Positions 19,548 to 27,266 of a DNA stretch of 64,000 nucleotides are shown here, one piece after another. Position 1 is the first letter of the stretch; each line of letters begins with the position of its first letter. The stretch is from NCBI GenBank assembly GCA_020059605.1, contig JAGVBT010000049.1, forward strand, positions 45,120-109,119. The letters run 5' to 3'. Origin of the DNA: Deltaproteobacteria bacterium. Its GTDB lineage: Bacteria; Desulfobacterota; BSN033; UBA1163. Both the position numbers and the translations under genes were made by a program. The notes beneath the pieces were generated by a model, which was given only the letters and a program-made list of their open reading frames with translations, ran no database searches and was not told the origin of the DNA.

Positions 19548-20702
19548 ATGCCATGCTTTTCCCTTAAGAAGCTTGCCGAAAGAATGCCGATGAGCCGATT
19601 TTTTAGGGAATTTCTGTCGGTTCTATTTTTGCTGACTGCATTCTGGGGGTGTGCGACCGCTCCGCATAAACAGGATGTCCGGCCGGCGGTTTTTTATCCT
19701 CCGTTGCCCAACCCGCCCCGTATCCAATACCTGTCAAGCTTCTCGTCGGCAAGAGATGTCAGTGCGCCTCAAAGCAAGCTGGCCGAATTCATCGTGGGGA
19801 AAGACCCTAAGGAAGAGTACGCCCTTAAGAAGCCTTATGGCCTTTCCATATTCGACGGGAAGATTTACGTGGTGGATACCCAGGGGCCCGGTTATGCCGT
19901 GTTTGACCTGAAGAATAAGCTGTTGAAAGGAGTTCCGGGGGCCGGGGCGGGGAGGATGAGGAAACCCATCAATCTCACCATTGACAGGGACGGGACCAAG
20001 TATGTTACGGACACCGGATTGAACCAGGTCCTTGCTTTCGATAAAGACGACAATTTTCTTCGGGCCTACGGGGTAAAGGACCAATTCAAACCCGGGGACG
20101 CAGCCGTATCAGGGGACCGCCTCTATGTCTCCGACCTGAAGAATCATGAAATCCAGGTCCTTGACAAGGTCTCGGGAACACTGCTTTTCAAATTCGCAAA
20201 AGCCGGGGCTAAGGAAGGAGAGCTCTATTATCCGACGAATATGGCGGTCGGGCCGAACGGCCACCTCTATGTTTCAGAAACGGGAAATTTCAGGGTCCAG
20301 AAGTTTACTCTTGAAGGAAAGCCTGTCCGGACATACGGCCAGGTTGGGAACAGGCCAGGGCAGTTTTCAAGGCCCAGGGGCATTGCATTGGACCGCCAGG
20401 GTAACATCTATATTGTGGATGCGGCCTTTGAAAATATCCAGATCATCGACCAGGAAGGCAGGGTCCTTCTCTTTTTCGGCCAGCCCGGGAACAACCGGGA
20501 GGATATCAATCTCCCCGCAGGCATTGTGATTGACTATGAAAATGTCCCTCTCTTTCAGCAATACGCCGATTCGAAGTTCAAACTGGAGTATCTCATCCTG
20601 GTAGCCAGCCAGTTCGGTGTGAGCAAGGTGAATGTGTTTGGGTTCGGAAGGATGGAAGGGATGGATTACACCGTTCCGGGACCGGTTCGCCAGAAGAAAT
20701 AA
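19548..20702 (+). CDS. NHL-repeat (six-bladed beta-propeller) lipoprotein
   Basis: Signal with Cys (LTAFWGC). Repeated NHL-type blades (YYPTNMAVGPNGHLYVSETGNFRVQKF, PRGIALDRQGNIYIVDAAFENIQII). Paralog of 23349-24425. Confidence 0.7.
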   Translation: MPCFSLKKLAERMPMSRFFREFLSVLFLLTAFWGCATAPHKQDVRPAVFYPPLPNPPRIQYLSSFSSARDVSAPQSKLAEFIVGKDPKEEYALKKPYGLSIFDGKIYVVDTQGPGYAVFDLKNKLLKGVPGAGAGRMRKPINLTIDRDGTKYVTDTGLNQVLAFDKDDNFLRAYGVKDQFKPGDAAVSGDRLYVSDLKNHEIQVLDKVSGTLLFKFAKAGAKEGELYYPTNMAVGPNGHLYVSETGNFRVQKFTLEGKPVRTYGQVGNRPGQFSRPRGIALDRQGNIYIVDAAFENIQIIDQEGRVLLFFGQPGNNREDINLPAGIVIDYENVPLFQQYADSKFKLEYLILVASQFGVSKVNVFGFGRMEGMDYTVPGPVRQKK

Positions 20703-20734
20703 CCATCCTTGATCCCCGGGTAGCGCCAACTCCA

Positions 20735-21313
20735 ATGGGTCTCAGGATTAGAAAACGTCCATTTGCCGCCCTTTTCCTCTTTTTCGCTGTCCTCTTCACT
20801 TTGGCAGGTTGTGATCCGGAGACCCGGTACCGGGCGCTCAATTTTTTCTTTGACGGAGTCCCCCGGCCAGACGAACCGCCGAAGAAAGAGGAGATCCCTG
20901 CGGCCAAAATCGCCACCGTAAAACAGGAGGCTCAAGCGGAGACACCTTCAGAAATAGTTTATTACAGGCACCCGCCCGCAGAGGGAAAAGACGATTGTTC
21001 CTTCTGCCACGGGCCTGTCAGCCAAATTGTGATTCCTCCCAAGGACATGTGCCTGAAATGCCATGAACACCTGAAGGAAAACCGTCCCTTTCTCCATGGC
21101 CCGGCTGTCGTGGATTGCGTTTTTTGCCACAATGTCCACCGGAGCCAGACGAAAACCCTGCTGAGAAAAACCGGTAACCCCCTCTGTTTTGAATGCCATG
21201 ATCAACAGAGCGTGATTCAGGGAGAATCACATCGGGAGCTGAAGGAAGAGGAATTCGTTTGCCTTTCCTGCCATGACCCCCACGGCGGGAAAGACCGATT
21301 TTTCCTGCGATAA
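20735..21313 (+). CDS. pentaheme c-type cytochrome lipoprotein
   Basis: Canonical lipobox LAGC, then 5 CxxCH (CSFCH, CLKCH, CVFCH, CFECH, CLSCH) in 192 aa. Confidence 0.75.
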   Translation: MGLRIRKRPFAALFLFFAVLFTLAGCDPETRYRALNFFFDGVPRPDEPPKKEEIPAAKIATVKQEAQAETPSEIVYYRHPPAEGKDDCSFCHGPVSQIVIPPKDMCLKCHEHLKENRPFLHGPAVVDCVFCHNVHRSQTKTLLRKTGNPLCFECHDQQSVIQGESHRELKEEEFVCLSCHDPHGGKDRFFLR

Positions 21314-21321
21314 GAAAGAAT

Positions 21322-23313
21322 ATGTTCGTCCTAAACAGGGTGGAGATGCCCAGAAATTCCGACCTTATATTCATCTGCCTGACGATCCTGGTGGTTTCCG
21401 CCCTATTTGCGGGCGATTGCGCGGAAGCCCAGCGGGTCTACGGACGCGAAGAAGAGGAAATCCGTCTTTTTACGCTTCGGGAATTGGGCGGGGCGCTGGA
21501 GTTCAGGTTTGAGTATGAAGACGACCGGGAAGAGGGGGGAGGGAGGCCTTTTGAGAGAAAGGAGACCCGGTTCGAGGAGCTGTTACAGCTTAAGACCCGG
21601 GGGTCTCTTTATCACCCGAACCTTCTGGATTTCCGGATTGATACCACCTTTGGATTAAGGCAGCAAGTGTTCAGCGGAGACCTGGATGACCGCAAGCAAA
21701 CCTTTCCGTATGAATATCATGTCCATCTCAATTTTTTACGGGAGAAGCCTTACGGGTTCAACCTCTTTGCCCTTCGGTCCTCCAACCCGGTCGGGAGAAC
21801 CTTTTTTGAAACGATCGACATCGAGTCCGATTCCTACGGAGGGGCTTTCCGGTACCAAAATAAACTTTTCCCCATGACGCTGCTTCTTTTGAACCAGAGC
21901 ACAAAGGAGGATTCCCGGGATTATAAAAGAGACCGGAACGAACGGACCGCCGATTTCAGGGTTTCCAATAAGCTGAAGGATATCCTGGAGAGCGATTTCA
22001 AATATGTCTTGAAAGACCTCGTCGAGGAGATCCCGTTCAAACAGGAGATCACCACTCACGATATCAGCCTCAACAGCAGGCTGAGTTATGGCAAAATACG
22101 GGGGTTTTCCAACCTCTCCTACCTGAAGACATCGGGGGGTTTTAAAACGGATCAGCTGCGGATCATTGAAAATTTTCATGTCGATCATTCGAAGTCATTG
22201 ACCACCCTCTATCAGTATTATTTCTCCCATTTTGCGACTGAAGATTTCAGGTCCAATTTGAACCAGGGAAACATCGGGTTTCGGCACGCCCTTTACGAGA
22301 GCCTCGTCACCGAAGTCAGGGGGGAAGTCAGCCTGACGGATGCCACCGAGTTCGAGGAGCTCTATTACGGTTCCAATCTATCTCTTTCCTATCGAAAAAA
22401 AATCCCGGGCGGAGTCCTCTCTGCTGGATATCATTTTCTTTACAGAAGAACCGACCGGGAGGCGGAGGAAGGTGTCGTCAAGATCTTTGGAGAGCGGATC
22501 GTCCTCTCCGACAGTCAACGAACCTTTCTTGCTAACCCCAATGTGATTCGCGATTCGGTCATCGTCCGGGATTCGTTCGGCATCCTGTTGACGTTAAATG
22601 TCGATTACCGGCTCATCGTAAGCGGGAACCTGACCGAAATTCAACGTGTGGGCCTCCCGGACAACACCCCTGTCCTGGTCGATTATGAATTTTTATCTCC
22701 ACGGTCTCTCAAGTTTGATACCCTCAGCCATGGAGTGAACTTGCGTTACGACCTCGGGAGATTAATTTCATTGTACTACAATTATCTCAATGCCAGGCAA
22801 AAGGAGATTTCCGTCCGGCGCCGGGCAGAGTCCACCGCGGCCCTGTATGATACGGAGAGGAGTCTCTACGGGGCAGAATTGAAATGGCGCTGGTTTCAAA
22901 TTGCAGGCGAATACGAGGACGACAACTCCGAACTGATTCCCTTCACAGCTTACAGGGTGCGCGGCTATTTCAGCATCTCTCCCATCGAGCACACCTCCCT
23001 CAGCCTGAGCGCCATCCGCAGCCGGACCATGTATGAAAGGGACAGGAGAACAATGGTCACGAACCGGGCGGATGGACTCTTCCGTCTTCGCATCAATTCC
23101 TCTCTTGAAGCGTTGCTCGGGGCGGGATATTTAAGGGAGAAGGGAAGGGATATTGACACCCGGGCATGGAAATGGAAAGGTGATTTAATAGGAAAATTCC
23201 GCTCCATCGAATTGAGGCTCCAGTCGGAGTATCTGAAGAGGCGCGAGATCGCCCAGGACCGGGATGAAATCATCGTAAAACTAAAATTGATCCGGCACTT
23301 CCATATTCGCTAA
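21322..23313 (+). CDS. putative outer-membrane beta-barrel protein (porin-like partner of the cytochromes)
   Basis: Signal peptide. 663 aa, rich in Tyr/Arg/Ser/Asn with long runs of alternating hydrophobic residues typical of amphipathic beta-strands. No cysteine-rich or enzymatic motif. The start lies 8 bp after the pentaheme cytochrome stop. The C-terminus (HFHIR) is not a classical aromatic OMP terminus. Confidence 0.4.
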   Translation: MFVLNRVEMPRNSDLIFICLTILVVSALFAGDCAEAQRVYGREEEEIRLFTLRELGGALEFRFEYEDDREEGGGRPFERKETRFEELLQLKTRGSLYHPNLLDFRIDTTFGLRQQVFSGDLDDRKQTFPYEYHVHLNFLREKPYGFNLFALRSSNPVGRTFFETIDIESDSYGGAFRYQNKLFPMTLLLLNQSTKEDSRDYKRDRNERTADFRVSNKLKDILESDFKYVLKDLVEEIPFKQEITTHDISLNSRLSYGKIRGFSNLSYLKTSGGFKTDQLRIIENFHVDHSKSLTTLYQYYFSHFATEDFRSNLNQGNIGFRHALYESLVTEVRGEVSLTDATEFEELYYGSNLSLSYRKKIPGGVLSAGYHFLYRRTDREAEEGVVKIFGERIVLSDSQRTFLANPNVIRDSVIVRDSFGILLTLNVDYRLIVSGNLTEIQRVGLPDNTPVLVDYEFLSPRSLKFDTLSHGVNLRYDLGRLISLYYNYLNARQKEISVRRRAESTAALYDTERSLYGAELKWRWFQIAGEYEDDNSELIPFTAYRVRGYFSISPIEHTSLSLSAIRSRTMYERDRRTMVTNRADGLFRLRINSSLEALLGAGYLREKGRDIDTRAWKWKGDLIGKFRSIELRLQSEYLKRREIAQDRDEIIVKLKLIRHFHIR

Positions 23314-23348
23314 GAACGGGATAGAATTTTTTAAAATAAGGAGAAAAA

Positions 23349-24425
23349 ATGGTGCCTCCCCACCGGTTCTTTCCGGGCCGATTCGGTCGGTTCCCTGTCC
23401 TGTTTTCCTTGCTGCTCCTGGCATGGACGCTGGCCTTGAATGCGGGATGCGGAAAACCGTCTCCTCCCCCGGCCGGGGTTTCCACCCCATCTCTTGTGTG
23501 GCCGCTTCCCCCTGAAAAACCTCGGATCCAGTATCTCTATTCCATCGCGGTTCCCGAAGATATCGGCATCTCCGCCTCGGTTTATGAAAAGGTCGTGGGG
23601 CTTTTGGCGGGGAAGAAGCCGTCGCGGCAGATGGTGAGACCCTACGGAATCCATTTAAGCGGGGGCGGGATACTCTCTGTCACCGACCCTGGGATGGGAA
23701 CCGTGCATCAGTTCGATATGAGGAATTTGAGATACCATCAGATCAAGAGGTTTGGGCGAAAGAACCTCGTTTCACCGATCGGAGTGACCATGGATGAATC
23801 AGGGCTCCTTTATGTGTCCGACTCCATATTAAGAAAGATCTTTGTATTCGGTCAAAAGGGGGAGCCCGTGAGGGAACTCGGAGGTGAGGATCGGTTCATC
23901 CGGCCGACAGGAATGGCCTTTCATCCATCGTTGAATAGACTCTATGTCGCGGACACCCTGGGACAGTCCATTCAGGCCTTCGATCTCGGCGGGAATCTCC
24001 TCTTCGGTTTTGGAGGAAGGGGAAACAACGAGGGAGAGTTTAACTTTCCCACTTCTCTATCGATCGATCGGAACGGAAATTTATATGTGAACGATTCATT
24101 AAATTATCGAATTCAAATCTTCAAACCCGACGGGAAGTTCCTTGCCATGTTCGGAAGGCACGGGGATGGGATGGGTGAATTTTCAAACCCGAAGGGAGTT
24201 GCCCTCGATACGGAAGGGCATATCTACGTGGCGGACGCTCTTTTCGATTCGGTTCAAATCTTCAGTCCGAAAGGGGAGCTTCTCCTTTTTTTTGGCGAGG
24301 CCGGGAGGAAGGCGGGAGAATTCTGGATGCCTGCTTCCCTCTTCATCGATCCTACCAATCGGATTTTTGTCGCCGATTCCTACAATCAGAGAATTCAGGT
24401 GTTTCAATTTCTCGGGGGGCATTAG
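23349..24425 (+). CDS. NHL-repeat (beta-propeller) lipoprotein, paralog of 19548-20702
   Basis: Signal with Cys (LALNAGCGK). NHL blades (GEFNFPTSLSIDRNGNLYVNDSLNYRIQIF, GEFSNPKGVALDTEGHIYVADALFDSVQIF). Shares the N-terminal P-x-P-R-I-Q-Y-L motif with the first NHL protein. Confidence 0.7.
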   Translation: MVPPHRFFPGRFGRFPVLFSLLLLAWTLALNAGCGKPSPPPAGVSTPSLVWPLPPEKPRIQYLYSIAVPEDIGISASVYEKVVGLLAGKKPSRQMVRPYGIHLSGGGILSVTDPGMGTVHQFDMRNLRYHQIKRFGRKNLVSPIGVTMDESGLLYVSDSILRKIFVFGQKGEPVRELGGEDRFIRPTGMAFHPSLNRLYVADTLGQSIQAFDLGGNLLFGFGGRGNNEGEFNFPTSLSIDRNGNLYVNDSLNYRIQIFKPDGKFLAMFGRHGDGMGEFSNPKGVALDTEGHIYVADALFDSVQIFSPKGELLLFFGEAGRKAGEFWMPASLFIDPTNRIFVADSYNQRIQVFQFLGGH

Positions 24426-26126
24426 ATGATAAGACGAAGAACGACCGGAACGCTGATCCTCTTCCTGCTCCTTCTTTTTCATAGCCGTGCGGAGGGAAGA
24501 AGCATTATTTTCACAAAGCATAACCTGTCCGTCTCCGGCCCCGGGCCTGTCAAGGCAACGGTTGAGAGACCTGTCTGCCAATTCTGCCATACCCCTCATC
24601 ATGCGGGACAGGCCAAGCCGCTGTGGAACAAGGATATCCCCGAGATTCTTTATACCACTTACCGGAGTTCGTCGCTCAAAGCGGGTCCCGGGCAACCGAA
24701 CGGGGCCTCCAAGCTTTGTCTCTCGTGCCATGACGGAACCATTGCCCTGGGGTTGCTTCGAAGCGAAAGCCAGATTCTCCCCTTTGCGGGGGGCGTGTTG
24801 ACCATGCCCCCCGGAAGAACAAACTTGGGCCTTGATCTCTCCGACGACCACCCGATTTCATTTCCGTATGACAGCGCCCTGGCGTTCCGGAACGGCCAGT
24901 TGGAGGATCCGGCAAATTTGAGAAGGCCGGTGAAATTGGATTCCTATGGCCAGCTCCAGTGCACGAGCTGCCATAATCCTCATGACGACCATTTTGGGAA
25001 ATTCCTGGTGATGGAGAATCGTTATTCGGCCCTCTGTATCACCTGCCACAAGAAGACAGGGTGGATGATTACCTCGCATCGAAGCTCGTGCCGGACCTGG
25101 AACGGGGGACCTCCGAATCCATGGCCCCATACTTCCTATGCGACCGTTTCCGAAAACGGATGCGAAAATTGCCATCGTCCCCATGCAGCCGGAGGAAGAG
25201 AGAGGCTGCTGAATTACGATGTGGAAGAGGAAAATTGTTATCCCTGCCATAATGGAAACGTGGCCTCCAGGAATCTGAAGAACGAATTCATGAAGCCCTA
25301 TCGCCACCCCGTGGAGGGCAGCAAGGGAATCCATTTTCCGGACGAAGATCCCCTCTGGGCGACTCGCCACGTGGAATGCGCCGATTGCCATAATCCCCAT
25401 TCCGCCAACGCCGCTACTGCAAACCCGCCGATGGCCTCGGGGAGGATATCAAATGTCGCGGGGATTTCTTCTTCCGGGACGGTCGTTTTTCCCCTTACTT
25501 ACGAGTATGAATTATGTTACCGTTGCCACGCGGACAACCCTGGGACAAAGCCCCTTCTTGTGACCCGTTATCTCTTCGAGCCCAATCTTCGATACAGATT
25601 CAAACCCTCCAATGCCTCTTATCATCCGGTTGAGGCGGTCGGGAAAAATGCGGACTGCCCAAGCCTTCTCATTCCTTACACCACCTCCAGCCTCATTTAC
25701 TGCACCGATTGTCACAACAACGATTCGGGTCAAAAGGCAGGAGGGGTCGGGCCCAGCGGACCCCACGGATCGATCTGGAGGCCCCTTTTGGAAAGGCAGA
25801 TGGTTACAGCGGATTACACGATCGAAAGCGCCCAGGCCTACGCTCTTTGTTACAAATGTCATGACCGGAATTCGATCCTGTCCGGTCAAAGTTTTACAAA
25901 ACACCGGAAACATATCGTGGATGAGAGGACTCCCTGCACCGCCTGTCATGACCCCCACGGGGTGGCGACGAATCCGCACCTCATTAACTTTGATAAAATG
26001 ATTGTTTTTCCCAATGATCAGGGGATCCTTCAGTTTGAGGACCGGGGGCGGTCTGCGGGGGCCTGCTCTTTGAGATGTCATGGAATCAACCACAAGGGGA
26101 GGAATTATCAGCGGGATATCCCGTAG
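24426..26126 (+). CDS. multiheme c-type cytochrome (11 CxxCH plus one CxxxCH)
   Basis: Signal peptide, 11 canonical CxxCH and a C-terminal CSLRCH (CX3CH). The N-terminal 190 aa are homologous to the tetraheme cytochrome at 18766. The start codon abuts the stop of the NHL gene (TAGATG). Confidence 0.8.
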   Translation: MIRRRTTGTLILFLLLLFHSRAEGRSIIFTKHNLSVSGPGPVKATVERPVCQFCHTPHHAGQAKPLWNKDIPEILYTTYRSSSLKAGPGQPNGASKLCLSCHDGTIALGLLRSESQILPFAGGVLTMPPGRTNLGLDLSDDHPISFPYDSALAFRNGQLEDPANLRRPVKLDSYGQLQCTSCHNPHDDHFGKFLVMENRYSALCITCHKKTGWMITSHRSSCRTWNGGPPNPWPHTSYATVSENGCENCHRPHAAGGRERLLNYDVEEENCYPCHNGNVASRNLKNEFMKPYRHPVEGSKGIHFPDEDPLWATRHVECADCHNPHSANAATANPPMASGRISNVAGISSSGTVVFPLTYEYELCYRCHADNPGTKPLLVTRYLFEPNLRYRFKPSNASYHPVEAVGKNADCPSLLIPYTTSSLIYCTDCHNNDSGQKAGGVGPSGPHGSIWRPLLERQMVTADYTIESAQAYALCYKCHDRNSILSGQSFTKHRKHIVDERTPCTACHDPHGVATNPHLINFDKMIVFPNDQGILQFEDRGRSAGACSLRCHGINHKGRNYQRDIP

Positions 26127-26189
26127 TCTGGCCGGTGCGAAAGGAGATCCCGGGGAGAAGATATCCTTTTGGGAACGGCCCAAAGGCAA

Positions 26190-27179
26190 TCAATCGGTCT
26201 TAAAAAAGGATTGAAGCGCCTTTTTATATTCCAATAAAGCGCGTTCTTTCTGTCCTTCCTTTTCATAGAGCCTTCCGAGATGGTAATGGACCTCGGGAGT
26301 CTCGTGCCGGTCTTGCAGCAGATCTTCCAGCCTTTTGATGGCTTTTGTATTCTCCCCCATCAATTCCAAAGAGAGCGCGATCCCGACGGACCCCTGTCTT
26401 AAATTGGGATTCAGGCCGATTCCCCTCTCAAAGAATTCAATGGCCTCTTTTGGGTTCTTCTCTTTGAGATGGATCATCCCCAGCCCTACGTATGCATCGG
26501 CATGGCCGGGATCCAGCTGGATGGCTTTCAACCATTCTTCCCTGGCCCTCTCTTGAGAACCTTTTTCAAAAAGATTCTTCCCGAGATTGAAATGGGCCTG
26601 GGCCTTCTTTTTGTTTTCCGGTTGGGGATCGCCCCTGGGTTGACGCTCTTTTTCCCATTCCTCGGCTGTTTTCTTCCCCATGGCCACCAGGACTTCTCCT
26701 TCCACGATCTCGTCAAGCGAGTGGGTGTAAGGAAAGGCCTTGAGAAGCCTCCTTTCCTCATCCAGGATGCCTGCAGTCGGAATCACATGAACTCCATAGG
26801 CGCCGTACACTTCCCTTTTATCATCAAGGAGCATAGGATGGGACCAGTCATGGGCGCGCCTTAACTTTTTGACCTTCTCTTTGGCATCGGGATCCGAAAT
26901 AATGGAGATCAAATAAAGGCCATCACCCTTGAGCCGGCGGTAAAGGCCCTCCAGCCGATTCATAACGCTCAAAGACCTTTTCTCCTTGACAGGGGTGTCG
27001 ATGCCCCAGAAAAGAAGCACCACCTTGCCCCCCTTGATCGATGGGAGGACAATGTCGTTGCCGTCAAGGTCCTTCAATTGAATCTCGGGGGCTTTCTCCC
27101 CGATCTCGAGGTTGCGAAACGCAGAGACACCCGTAGGAGAAAGCATTCCGGCAAGAATAACTGGGAAGAGGAGAGACAT
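26190..27179 (-). CDS. periplasmic thioredoxin-fold (TlpA/AhpC-like, lacking CxxC) + TPR-repeat protein
   Basis: Signal peptide. N-terminal Trx-like fold with FWGIDTP in place of the WCxxC active site. C-terminal TPR repeats (AHFNLGKNLFEKG ... AYVGLGMIHLKEKNPKEA ...). Confidence 0.55.
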   Translation of the reverse strand: MSLLFPVILAGMLSPTGVSAFRNLEIGEKAPEIQLKDLDGNDIVLPSIKGGKVVLLFWGIDTPVKEKRSLSVMNRLEGLYRRLKGDGLYLISIISDPDAKEKVKKLRRAHDWSHPMLLDDKREVYGAYGVHVIPTAGILDEERRLLKAFPYTHSLDEIVEGEVLVAMGKKTAEEWEKERQPRGDPQPENKKKAQAHFNLGKNLFEKGSQERAREEWLKAIQLDPGHADAYVGLGMIHLKEKNPKEAIEFFERGIGLNPNLRQGSVGIALSLELMGENTKAIKRLEDLLQDRHETPEVHYHLGRLYEKEGQKERALLEYKKALQSFFKTD

Positions 27180-27266
27180 GAATCTGGGGAATCCGATTTT
27201 CTTATTGATAAGATATCTCCTCTATCGCCGGCCTCGGAAAGTCGATGGGTAAAGAGAAAAACCCTA

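Noticed and set aside
21322-23313. Alternative reading of the 663-aa protein as a periplasmic enzyme or TonB-dependent receptor
   Set aside because: No TonB box or plug-domain motifs, no catalytic or cofactor motifs. The composition best fits a generic beta-barrel, but the fold remains unverified.
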